This document shows positions 49,439 through 61,986 of a stretch of 64,000 bases of DNA, in pieces (positions within the stretch are counted from its first letter, which is position 1; every line of letters starts with the position of its first letter). Below the pieces are notes generated by a model, which worked only from the letters and a program-made list of their open reading frames with translations, was not told the DNA's origin and searched no databases. Made by a program: the position numbers and the translations under genes. This stretch comes from Mobula hypostoma (taxonomy: Eukaryota). Where the stretch lies: the NCBI RefSeq assembly GCF_963921235.1, contig NC_086097.1, forward strand, positions 171,370,001 to 171,434,000, written 5' to 3'.

Positions 49439-50879
49439 ATACACCAGTTGAGATCCAAACTATAATTGACACAAATACACAAAGTGCTTTGAGAAAACAT
49501 CAGGAAGTCACAAGCGATTCTGCATATGCTAGAAATCTTGAGCAACACACATATAAAATGCTGGAGGATCTCAGCACGTCAGGCAGCAACTGTGGCAGGA
49601 AATGGAAATCAAGCTTCCAGTCTGAGATCCTTCATCATCACTGGCCTGCTGAGTTTCTCCAGAATTTCACATGATACCACCTGTTGATCCACCATTTCAA
49701 TGCTGATGATTAAGAACCTATCAGTGCTAATCCTATTAACCAACACTACGCACAACCTTTTAAACACTGAGGAGTTGTGCTCATATAGATAGTTTGACAT
49801 CTTTAGAAAGTTTCTGCCTCCACAGCTCTCAGAGAGTGTATTCTAGAACAATTGATGTTTTATTCCATTCTGTCACCATGGAAACAGATGCAGGGAGCAT
49901 CACCTTGCATCTTTCCTGCTTATTACACATTGCCAATGGACAAGCATTACTGTTAGGGATTATTCTGGAGTGATTAAATTATGGAGAACATAATTATGGA
50001 TTAATTAAAATCCATAACTGGTTCTCCGTTGTCTATCCTGTCTGTTATATCCTCAAAGAATTTCAGCATATTTGTCGGGGAATTTCCGCTTAAGGAAACT
50101 TTGCTGACTTTGGCATTTTATTGTGTGCCTCCAAGTGCTCTGAGATAAAGCCTATATACAATATAACTTTAACTGAGATTTTAAATGTACTGTTATTGGT
50201 TGATTATTGTCACATGTACTCCAATACAGTGAAGCACTTGTCACGTGTACAGTTCATACACATCGAATCATTACACAGTGCATTGTGATAGAACAAGGTA
50301 AAACAATAACAGAATACAGAACATAACAGCTACAGAGAAAGTACCATGCAGGTAAACAATAAGGGGCAAGAACATAGTGAGGTAGATTGCGAAGTCAAGA
50401 GTCCAAATTATTGTTCCAGGGAACCACTTAAGTAGTCCTATGAAACTAGTCATTGGGTATAGGACATTCTGATCCTGTACCATAGAAACTGCACAGCGGA
50501 AGACAATAGATAAATGTTCATATTAATTGGAGCCCATTGAAAACTTCAGGATGTGTGCAGGAAAGACATTCAATGGCCATTTCCTGTATAAAACCCATTT
50601 TAAAATGTATATCCCAGACTCTTAATGCATAATTGAGGACAACAACACACACACAAAATGCTGGAGGAACCCAGCAGGCTGGGCAGCCTCTGTGGAAAAA
50701 AGTACAGTCGACGTTTCAGGCTAAATGAGGACATGTCTGATTTGTCTCTATTAGGCCCAGGTCTGATCTGATTAGTTGTATTGTATGTTAAGGGAGACAT
50801 AGCATAATACTGTAACAAAGGAGGGCATATTTGGGAGCTAGGAGATTGTGCTCAGAAGCACTTGTGAACAGACACCAGC

Positions 50880-52700
50880 ACTGAAAATTCAAAGGGCTTG
50901 AAGGTTTCAAGGCAGCTGAAGAAATTGTGGTGATATTAGCAGTGATCTTTCAAGACTCAACAGATTTTGGAATGGTTCAAAATGAAAAAAAGCAAATGTT
51001 GCACCACTCCTTAAAAAGGGAAGGAGGGAAAAGACAGGAAAGTATATACTAGTCAGCCTCACTTCGTTAACTGGTAACATAATGGACTCCATTATTAAGG
51101 ATGAGGTGTCAGTATACCTAGATGCACACAATAAAATGCTGGTGTCACTATAGTTTCCTTTAGGGAAAATCATCCCTGACAAATATGTTAGAATTCTTTG
51201 AGGAAACAACAGGAAAGGTAATAACAAGACCTTGGTCAGACCCCACTTGGAGTACTGTGTTCGATTCAGGTCACCTCACTGCAGGAAGGATGTGAATACT
51301 ATACGAAGAGTGCAGAGGAGATTTACAAGGATGTTGCCTGGATTGGGGAGCATGCCTTATGAGAATAGGTTGAGTGAACTTAGTCTTTTCTCTTTGGAGC
51401 GACGGAGGATGAGGGGTGACCTGATAGAGGTGTATAAGATTATGAGAGGCATTGATCATGCTGATAGCCAGAGGTTTTTTCCCAGAGCTGAAATAGCTAA
51501 CATGAAGGGGCATAGTTTTAAGGTGCTTAGAACTAGGTACAGAGGGGATGTCAGGGCTATGTTTTTTTTACAGAGAGTCGTGGTGCGTGGAATGCAATGC
51601 TGGTGATGGCAGTGGAGGCGGATACAATAGGGCCTTATAAGAGACCCTTAGATAGGTACATAGAGTTTAGGAAAATGCGGTAGGGTAATTCTAGGCAGTT
51701 TCTAGAGCAGATTACATGGTTGACACACCATTGTGGGCTGAAGGGCCTGTAACATTCAGTAGCTTTCTATGTTCTATATTCTAAAGACAAAGGAGAGTTA
51801 GAGGACGTAGATTATTTGCATTTTCAGAAGGGCTTAAACAAGGTGTTGAACATGAAGCTGCTGAACAAGAGTATGTGGTATTACAGGAAAAGATACTAAC
51901 AGGGTAAGAAGATTGGCTGACTAGCAATAGGGAAAGAGTGGGAATAGATGTGTCTTCTAGATGGCTGCAGATGACTAGAGGTGTTCCACAGGGGTCAGTG
52001 TTGGGACCGCTTCTTTTCACGTTATATGTTTATGATTTGGATGATGGAATTGATGGCTTTATGGCCAAATTTGTGGAAGATACAATGATAGGTGGAGGGG
52101 CAGGTAGTGTTGAGGAAGCAGAAAGTCAGCAGAAGAACTTAGACAGATTAGGAGGATGAGCAAAGAAATGACAGATGGAATACAGCAGAGGGATGAGTAT
52201 GTTTATTGCACTTTGGTAGAAGGAGTAAAGGCATAGACACCTTTCTATATGGGAAGCAAATTCAGTAGTCAGAGGTGCAAAGGGCTTGGGAGTTCCAGTG
52301 CAGGATTCCCTGAAGGTTAACTTACAGTTTGAGTCAGCAGTAGGAAAGGCGAATGCAATTCATTTTGAGATGATTAATGTATAACTACAAAGATATAATG
52401 CTTAGAATTTACAAAAATATTGGTCAGACCACACTGAATTCTTTTGGGCCCCATATGTAAGTAAGCATGTGCTGGCACTGGAAAGGATCCAAAGGAGTTT
52501 TACAAGAATAATCCCAGGAATGAATGGCTTAATGTTTTGGGCCTGTATCTACCAAATATTGTAAGAACTAGACAGAGTGGATGTGGAGAGGATGTTTCCA
52601 ATAATGGGGAAGTCTAGGACCTGGAGGGCACAGCTTTAGAATGCTGTGGAGTACAAGTTATTAGGTATATTTAAAGAGGAAGTTGATCAGTTCCTGATCA
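50880..52700 (+). mobile_element. Decayed CR1 RT fragment with a younger CR1 3' piece (about 51225-51782) nested inside
   Basis: Host carries RGVPQGSVLGPLLFTLYVYDLD; insert carries RPHLEYCVRFRSPH...RRMRGDLIEVYK and its own tail; the host resumes at gacaaaggagag. Confidence 0.8.
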
Positions 52701-52839
52701 GAATCAGGTTTCATATCACTGGCATATGTTATGAAATTTGTTAACTTTATGGCAGCAATACATGATAAATTAATATAGAGAGAAAAAAAACAAGTTGCTT
52801 TAAGTATATATACGTATGTATGTATATGTGTACCAAGTA

Positions 52840-52929
52840 TTATTTATAATACTTATTTTAACTTAACTACTTTTTATATATATATATATATACACAAAAT
52901 AGTTAAGTTAAAATAAGTATTATAAATAA
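52840..52929. repeat. Perfect 30-bp AT-rich inverted repeat with a (TA)n spacer
   Basis: 52840-52869 is the exact reverse complement of 52900-52929; 30-nt spacer. Confidence 0.92.
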
Positions 52930-55005
52930 AAACCGAAATAAAAAAGCATGGGATAGTGTTCATGGATTCAATGTCCATTTAGAAATCGAATGGCAGAGGG
53001 GAAGAAGCTACTCCTGAATTGCTGAGTTCCTGTTTCCTGACGGTAACAGCGTGAAGAGGGCATGTACTAGGTTGTGGGAATCCTTAATGATAGACATCAC
53101 CTTCCTAAGGCACCTCCCCTTGAAGATATCTTGGATTCTAAGGAGGCTAGGACCCATGATGGAGCTGATTAATTTTACTCAGCTATGGAGGGAAAGGTAG
53201 GAGAATGGGGTTGAGGGGGAAAATAATTCAGTATGATCAAATAGCTGAGCACTCTATGGCTTGAGTAGTCTGATTCTGCTCCCATGTATTATGCTAATAT
53301 TGAACCCCCCCCCACCCCCCACCGCTATCTTCATAGCTAAACAGTAAGAAAAGTCTGTTTAACCTTGAAAGCAGTTTCAGAAATGGTTGACTATTGAAGG
53401 CAGAGACATGAAAGTATTTCCTCTGTGGGTGTTGAATCTTTGGAATTCATTGACCTAGAGGGCTTGTGTGGGGAGCTAAGGTTTTCGTGAGGACCTGAAA
53501 TGGGTAATAGTTGTTTAATGAGAGTTATTAATCATATAAGAGTTCCCTATGCTTTTTCCTTGTGATTCGCTCTTCATATTGCAGTCTCCCAGTGCTTTCC
53601 ATTTAAACTTGTTAAGTTTTCTTTGATTGACTGAGGATTTCCCTGTTACTTGTATTATTTAAGCAGATGGTTATCACGGGGCCCTAGTTTTGAGAATCTT
53701 TGTCTCACAGTGTCACTCAGCTGAACCACTGATGTTCTTTTGGAATTCATATGAATAGACTCTGATTGCTGTCTCTACATTGGAATCTATCTTTCCTCTG
53801 CACTTGAGTTCCCACATCGTGAGCAGTAGAGCAATGGATGCTGTGTCAATGAATATGATCAGAGCAGAGATGAACCAATTTTTGGATTACTGAAGTGTTA
53901 ATAGTCACAAAGGGAACTGGAGCTGAGACCCAAATCAGATCAGTTATCTGTTAGTGGGGTAGCATCAAGGTTCTGAAAGGTAAACTTCTGCTCCTTATCC
54001 TTTTTGGAATTGATGTAGATTCAAAGGTTCTCAGAAATCAAGGAGGTTATGGCCATTTTACTTAGTGTTACAAGAACAAAGAAAGGCAAAGAAAAAGTTG
54101 TAATAATCTCCAACTTAGATTAGAGATAAAGCACACTGCTAGTACATAACATATGAAATAACCAGGTTCAAGTGGTGTGACACCTGCTGCAGAAAAACTG
54201 AAGCTTCTAGAAAATACAGAATAAGTTGTATTAGAAAATTTACTGAACAATTGCACACATACACTATTGGTGATTACATAAAAATCAGAAGCAAGCAAAG
54301 GAAAGTTAAACTACAACAAAAATAACAATTCTACACTCTAATCCAACACCCTTGACATACTTGTGTATGGAATAATCTGTGCAATAGCATGCAGAAAGTA
54401 GTGTTTCATTATATCTCGAGTTACACACACACACACACAATACTGCAGAAACTCAACAGGTCAGGCAGCATCTTTGGAAGAGAAAGAACAGTCAATGATT
54501 GTGACAGAGACCCTTTGTCAGGACTGGATTGAAGAGCAGAAGAAGCCAGAATTAAAAAGGTGGGGGTACAGGGAGGAGTTCATGCCTGTAGGTGATAGGT
54601 GAGACCAGGTGACAGGGAAGGTGGCTGGTGCATGCGACAATAATAATCAAAATAATCTTCAGTTTTCTCTGCTAGTGAGAATACACCACAACACTTCAAT
54701 TATTGGAAAATAATGTAAACATGCTTAAACCAGATTACATACCATACATCTGCTCAAATGTAAGGAGCTAAGTTTCTTCTTTTATCAACCACCTCAGCCC
54801 TTAAAGCTTTTTGCCAAGGTGGCTTCACGCGAGGAACAATGGTGTCCTGTTGTTACTGAACAAGTCACCGTTACCTCAGTAATACATGTTAACCTCACAT
54901 AGTAGAACACAAAAGCCTTACGCACTAGATTTCTGACCAAATCTTGATGCAATTGACTCATTTGACTAAGCTGACAAGAAATTGAACTGCACAAGTTTAA
55001 CCCTG

Positions 55006-56303
55006 CAAGAGAAAATCTGCAGATGTTGGAAATCTGAGCAAAACACACAAAATGCTGAAGGAAATCAGTAGGCCAGGCAGCATCCATGGAAAAAGGTATG
55101 GTTGACATTTCGGGCCGATTCCTCCATCTCCATTGTATCTGCTACGCCATCCTCTTTTCTCAATTCCTCCTTCTCCACCACATGTGCTCTCACGATGAGG
55201 CTTTTCATTCTTGCTTCTAATTTTATGTAATGTCCTCCTTTTTCAAAGAAAGGGGCTTCCTTTCTGCCACCATCGAAGTTGCCCTCAACCGCATCTCTTC
55301 CATTTCATGCACCTCTGCTCTGACCCCACCCTTCCACCACCCTACCAGGGATAGGCTTCTCTTGTCCTCACTTACCACCCCACCAGCCTCTACGTCCAGC
55401 ACATAATTATCCGAAACTTTCGCCATCTCCAACGGGATCCCATCACCAAGCAGATTTTTCCGTCCCCCCACTTTCTGCTTTCCGCAGGGATTATTCTTTA
55501 TGCGACTCCCTTGTCTATTCATCCCTCCCCAGTGATCTCCCTCCTGGCAAGTGGAACAAGTGCTACACATGTCCCTACACCTCCTTCCTCACTACCATCC
55601 AGGGCCCTAAACAGTCCTTCCAGGTAAGGCGACACTTCACCTGTGAGTCTGTTGGGGTCATTTACTGTGTTTGGTGTTCCCAGTGTGGCCTCCTGTAGAT
55701 TGGTGAGACCCGATGTACATTGAGAGACCATTTCGTCAAGCACCTGCGTTCCATATGCCAGAAAAGACAGGATCTCTCAGTAGCCACGCATTTGAATTAC
55801 ACTTACACTTCCCATTCCCATATGTCCATCCGTGGCCTCCACTGCCGTGATGAGGCCACACTTAGTTTGGAGGAATAACACCTTATATTCCGTTTGGATA
55901 GCCTCCAACCTGATGGTATGAACATCGATTTCTCAAATTTCCAGTAATTTCTTCCCAACCCCCTCTTCTCCATTTCCCATCCCCTTTTCACTTTTGCACC
56001 TCACGTCCTTGCCCACTCATTGTCTTCCTCTGGTGCTCCTTTCCCCCCTTTCTTTCTTCCATGGCCTTCTCTCTCTTTCCCTAATCAACTTCCCGGCTCT
56101 TTACTTCATTCCTCCCCTTCCAGGTTTCATATGTCACCTAGTGGTTCTCTCTCTCTCCCCCCCCCCCACCTTTTAAATCTACCCCTCAGCCTTTTTTCTC
56201 CAGTCCTGCCGAAGAATTTCAGCCCGGACTGTCAACAGTACTTTTTTTTTCCATAGATACTGTTTGGCCTGCTGAGTTCCTCCAGCATTTTGTTTGTGTT
56301 GCT
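55006..56303 (+). mobile_element. Truncated Penelope-like element with an inverted terminal repeat at its 5' end and a 13-bp TSD
   Basis: GIY-YIG region at about 55630-55760; 55006-55117 is an inverted copy of the 3' terminal repeat; AAGTTTAACCCTG at 54993-55005 and 56304-56316. Confidence 0.9.
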
Positions 56304-58461
56304 AAGTTTAACCCTGAAGTCCTTTTCCTGAGGATTGGTACTTTGTTATTAATAAAATATCTCCCATCTTTATTATTCACTTGATTCTGGAGGTCACTAG
56401 TAATGTGCCTCAGTCACGAATCTCCCAATTGATGCTGCTGTTAATTGCTTCTAACTGCAATCTGTTGAGCTCTCAATGTTTCAGCAAACATTCATCCCAC
56501 AGTGCAGAAAAATATCTCTAGTCAGTATCAAATTGTTGTTTCTGGGATCTAGCTGTGTGCACATCATCTACTCTCTTCCTTCTGTTCTACAATGACTTCA
56601 ACATAACGCATCTGTTGGATAGTTCCTTGTATCTTCCTGAGATTGTGAAAGTTGCTATACAAATGCAAGATCTTTGCTTACTTCCTCTGCCATTGATGCA
56701 TATTCTAATTATTACAGAGTCAAACAGCACACTTAGCAATTAGTCCTGCCTGTGGTGTCATTTCTCCAATAAGCATCCCAAACAACAAGTGATTGTGTAC
56801 AATAGCACAATGTCTTGAATTTCAAAAATCTGGATTAAATGCTTAACAAAAGTTTATAAAATTATGAAGAACATTGAGGTAGTGATAGAAGTAGACATGA
56901 GGAATTTAAGAGGCTGAATATGCAAGGATTGTAAGGATATGGGTCATGTTCAGGCTCAAGAGATTTAGTTTAATTCAAAATAGTGTTCAGCACACACATC
57001 CTGGGCCATTGGGTCAGTTCCTGTACTGTACTGTTCTCTGGTCTTGAATAGAATACCATAGAAACAAACTCTTCCAATGGAATTGTCCATGGTGAGCAAG
57101 ATGCCCATCTAAAAGTAACCCCATATGCCATTGAAACTTTCCTATCTATGTACCTGTCCAATTGTCTTTTAAAATTGCACCCAGCTCAACTGATTCCTGT
57201 GGCAGTTTGTACTACATACACACCACCCTGTGAGAAGTTGCCCCTCAGACTTCAAATTGTACCTTCCACCTTAAACATGTGCCTTCTAATTCTTTTAAGT
57301 TTCCCTTCCCTGTGAAACAGATTGCGCATTCACTATATCTTTCCCTCCATGATTTTATACATTATAATAAGTTCATTTCAAAGGCTCCTACACCTCAACA
57401 AATAAATTCCTCCTGCAATTCAGGCCCTCAAGTGTTGGAAATGTTTTTGTAGATCTTCCTTGTCCACTTTCTAGCTAAATGACATGTTTTACATCGCAGG
57501 GTAACCGAAACCATTCACTATCACCGAAACCACGCAGCCTCACTAATGAGCTCATGGCAGCCAGTGTTCAATTTCTATCAAGTAAATTAAATGGGACCAG
57601 CTTAGGTGGGAATCTTGGTCAGCATGGACCAGTTGGACCGAAGGACCTGTTTCCATGTTGCACAACTAAAGTCTGATGTTAAACGTAACATTTCAATGAT
57701 GATATCCACAGAAATCACATCATCAAATTCTAGTGTGATCTCTCAGAAGGGGTGAAGGAACCTTGCCATTCTTTTGGATGGCCAGTATATATGCAACTCC
57801 CCACTTACAGAACGTCTTTTGCACTCTTCTGATATGATCCAATGATCCACTTAGTTTAAAAAGCAATTAGGGTAGGTAATTAATGCAATCATGCACATAT
57901 CTTTGAAATAAATATCAAAAAAAAGAAACATGACTTTAAGGTGTGCTGATTCATTGCTGCTGTACACACCTGGATAAAGGAAAATAAAAATTTCTGTCTT
58001 CCCTGCTTCAATATTGACAGGAGTATTCTGCTGGTTTAGGGAGATATGTTTGATATGTTCCTTGTGAATATGCCCACAGAAGCAGCAGATAATGCAAGCA
58101 AGTCTAAAGCCGGAGTAACAACATCACTAAATGATGTCAATAATGAACTAGCAACAAGACACTCGCAAGTGAGTCAATTACGGCGAAATCTTTGAAAGTT
58201 CATTAAGCACAACGTGAAAACAGGATGACAACTAATAATGGTTGCTTGTTTTAAGTGTTTATCTGGTCCTCCTGACTATTTTCATTGTCTTGAATTTATT
58301 TATATTGTTCAAAGAAGCGAAATAGCAAGGCTTAAGTGTGCAATTTCCTCCTCTGTTGTCACAGAAGCAGCAGGGGTTCCTGTAATCAGGATTGCATGGA
58401 GAATTTACACACTGCTTAATGGAATTGGCAATCAGCTCCATCATTCTGAAGCATCGCCTAC

Positions 58462-58715
58462 CTGATTGAATTGTTTGCTGCGTCGGGGTCCCTGGCAGTC
58501 ACCTCTCCTACAAAGGCTCCTGGCTCCCGGTTTTCGTGAACCCAGAAAGTGTACGTGGAAGAGAGAAAGAGCGGGGCCTCGTCGACGTCAAGCACATTGA
58601 TCTTCACACTGGTTGTATCTTTAAATCGTTCCAGCCGGAGCTGCCGTGGGTCAATGTGCTTGTTGAGCACTTTCACCCTGAGGCTAAACCACCTTTTGGC
58701 CTCATAGTCCAGAGT
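58462..58715 (-). CDS. cdh19: Cadherin exon, end of EC3/start of EC4 (TLDYEAKRWFSLRVKVLNKH...ARDPDAANNSIR)
   Basis: Acceptor tttccttcag|ACT, donor ATCAG|gtaggc; 254 nt, a typical type II cadherin exon size; LDYE, DVDEAP and ARDPD motifs. Confidence 0.95.
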
Positions 58716-59099
58716 CTGAAGGAAAGTACAGAAAGGATTCTGTTAACTCTCTAATCATTACTGATTCCAAAAACATCAGGTTATTGATCAGCCACACATT
58801 CCAACACAGATAACTTGCCAGCCACATGATTAAAGGCCTGCTTGTTCCTTTGAGTAGTTCTGCCATTCAGTTTTAATTAACCAGATTGTGGGCATCACTC
58901 ACATTTGGTACCTTGCTTCGGGAGTAACACAGTGAGAATGGAGAGTGGTTACGAATTGATCATCTATTAGTGTAGGGCTTCCAAATAAGAGGAAAGTGAC
59001 ATGTAGAGCCTGACATTAGGAAAAAATTTCAATGTTACTGGAAATTACTTTAGAATTGAGCCATACATCAAAGTCAAGTTTATGACGTAGGTGAAGGAA

Positions 59100-60070
59100 T
59101 AGGCCATTTTCTTAATAGGCCTTTGATGCCCTTATTAATCAAGAGCATATCTACCTCAACTTTAAATACGCCCAATGATTTTCCCTCCACAGCCATCTAT
59201 AACAATGAATTTGACAGATACACCACCCTCTGGCTAAAGAAATTTCTCCTCACCTCCATACTATGAAGACATCTTTCTATTCTGAGGCTGTGCCCTCAGG
59301 TTCTGGACAGTTCCACTATTTCAATCATCCTTTTCATGTCTACCAGGCCATTTAATATTCGGTAAGTTTCAATGAGATTCCCCTTCATTCTTCTTAGCTC
59401 CACTGAGTACAGACCCAGAATCATCAAAAGGCTCCTCATATGTTAACCTTTCCATTCCTGTAAACCTCCTCCAGGCTCTCTTCAATGCCAACACATTCTT
59501 TCTCAGATACAAGGCCCAAAACTGCTCACAACATACCAAGTGAGGTCTGACCACTGCTTATAAATTCTCAGCATTACACTGTTGCTTATATATCCTACTT
59601 TTCTCAAATTAATGAAAAATTACATTTGCTTTTCTTATTACCGACTTAACCTGCAAGTTAATCTTTAGGGAACCCTGCATGACCCCTTGTATCTCCGATT
59701 CCTGAATTTGCTCTGTTTAGAAAATAGTCTTTGCTTTTATTCCTTCCACCAAAGATCATAACGTTTCAACCCCCAACACTGTTTCTATCTGCTGCTTCTT
59801 TGCCCATTTTCATAGCTTGTCTGAGACCTTCTGTAGCCTCTTTGTTTCCTCAATACTGCCTGCCCCTCCACTTACTTTGCATCACCTACAAACCTGGCCA
59901 CAAAACCATCAACTCCATTATCCAGATCAATAACATATAACATGTAAAGTAGCTGTCCCAACCATGATGCTTGCAGAACACCACTACTCACTGGCAGCCA
60001 ACAAGAAAATGCCCCCTTTATTTACACTCTTTGTCTTCTGCCAGTCAGCCAAGCTTCTGTCCATGCTGCA
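59100..60070 (-). mobile_element. Old CR1 RT/3' fragment
   Basis: MVRPHLVCCEQFWALYLRKNVLALKRAWRRFT; degenerate. Confidence 0.75.
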
Positions 60071-60489
60071 CTTTTTCTATTGTATTATGTACAACAATAT
60101 ATATGGTCAGGAGCAATGAAAAACTTACTTGCAGCTGCATCACAGGTGCACTGCTTTAGAGACACAATGTTCAGAAGAAAAAAGACAAATGAAACATAAA
60201 TTATACAAAGAATACATGGAGGAACAGAATCGGAGGAAGAACAATAAATCCAATTGTAGTGCAAAGCGAGGTAGTGTTTTTGCCGATGCGTTCAATAACT
60301 GAATCGTTGAAAGGAAGCAGATATTTTTGAATCAGTGGTGTGGGTCTTCAGTCCTGTCTGATGGCAGCTGCAAGGAGATGGCATGGGCCAGATGGTGGGG
60401 ATCTTTAACAATGTATCTTGCCTTCTTGACATAGTGTCTCAGAGAAGCATTACTGCCCATCTCTAATTTCCCTTGATAACACAGAGCAC

Positions 60490-61013
60490 AATAGGAGTAG
60501 CTGCAGGCCACCTGCCCTTTTGAGACTGTCCACCGTTGAATGGGTTCACATCCCTCGTTGTCATCATACCTTGGAAATGAACAATCAAGCCAAATTGGAC
60601 AGCCCATTCCACCGGGCAGTAATCATTCTCTGCTGAGGGTAGGTAAGGACCATCCACTCATTCCGTGGACGTGACGCGTTAAACCACAAAAAGCCAACAT
60701 GAAGAAATGTAACATCGATATCAACGTCAACAATTGGGAAACCAATGCCAAGGACAGGAAACTCTGGCAAGCCATCATCCAAGAAGGAATAGCAACTTTC
60801 AAAGCTAACAGATGTGCAGAATTACAAGAAAAGGGAAGAAAATGGAAAGAGAGGCAGCAACAACCAAAGCCCAATCTGCCATTGGAACTACCTGTCCTGA
60901 ATGCGGAAGAATTTTCAAAGTCAAGATTGGACTCATAAGCCGCTTGAGAGCCCATAAGTAGATCAACAGAACGAAGACCATCATCCTCGACCTCCAGGGT
61001 TAGCCACGATGAC
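60490..61013 (+). mobile_element. RTE-clade LINE remnant (C-terminus and 3' UTR, probably joined to 5'-end sequence)
   Basis: KANMKKCNIDINVNNWETNAKDRKLWQAIIQEGIATF...; shifted frame gives TCPECGRIFKVKIGLISRLRAHK* (degenerate C2H2 finger typical of RTE ORFs); short 3' UTR catcctcgacctccaggg. Confidence 0.75.
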
Positions 61014-61986
61014 CTCTTCTGTACCAGTTCCTCATCCCCCTCAGTTCTCAAATCTTTCAAAAATTCCAGCACTAAGAGGCTTGGACTCTTGATAGGGAGA
61101 TGTGACTTCAAATCCCACCATTGAAACTAGAAAAGTTAAATTCAAAGACTTAAATAAATCTGACATTTTAAATCTGGTAGTAGGATTGCTTATTTTATTT
61201 TTTTCAGAAGACTTCAAGTTCCTGGTACACCTGGTATTTATTGTCATTCCCTAATGGGTTTTGAATCTAGGTTGGAGTTTTGAATCATTTATGTTAAGCA
61301 TACAACTACTGCCTATAAACGTCCCATCTGCTGGGAGCAAGATATTCCAGGGATATCAACATCCCATCTGCTCTATTAAGTGAAAAAACCCTGTTGTCCT
61401 TGCTTGGTCTGACTAGAATGTAGCTCTAGACTGCTTTGTAGTAATGGCAACCCTTTTTCATTGAACTACCCTACCTATGTTGCCTTACTTTGCCTGTTTT
61501 TGCCAAACTTTGATTTCTCTAGACTGTATAGTTTCAAACTTTGGCTACCATTCAGCCATGCTTGTGTAATGGAAATTAGATCACACTGATTTATGAATAT
61601 TTGCCACATTAACTCCCATTCAGCTTTTTGCAAATGCATTGTGCATTTAGATATACTGCTTACAGATTTAAACTTATAACATTTTTCCCAGAAAGCATTT
61701 TGCTTCAGGAGTTAATGTAGAAAGCAAATAAAATAGGCAGTCTAAACAAAGGTAGGCATTAAATTGTGTCAGAGCAAAGAAAGATGTTAAATTGGAAAAT
61801 CATCATACGAAATGCGTAAATGGGCAAAAAAGGTCAGTGAGTTTAAAAAGGGGGCCCTTTACGTTTTTGATGATACCAGCTTTTTTAGGTTTTGGAATGG
61901 TTGCAGTATATTTATAGGAAGGAAAGGTGATCTCACATCCTTAAAAAAAGGAGAGAGAAAGCAGGAAAAATGCTAGAATCTGTAAT

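Larger units (their letters stand above)
16855..58715 (-). other. cdh19: Type II classical cadherin gene, last six coding exons (CDH19-like, CDH7/19/20 group); 5' part lies outside the window
   Basis: Six exons of 254, 137, 122, 118, 252 and 488 nt with GT-AG ends splice in frame (phases 0-2-1-0-1-1-stop). Cadherin motifs LDYE, DVDEAP, ARDPD, LDRE, DKNDHSP, AVDKD, YDDEGGGEED, PYDSLQTYAFEG and WGPRF are present. The cytoplasmic segment SEVRSVCRQSLGLGPDAAVFREFI resembles the CDH19-type segment (recalled as SAEIRSLYRQSLQVGPDSAIFRKFI). Family is secure; orthology needs a phylogeny. Confidence 0.8.
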
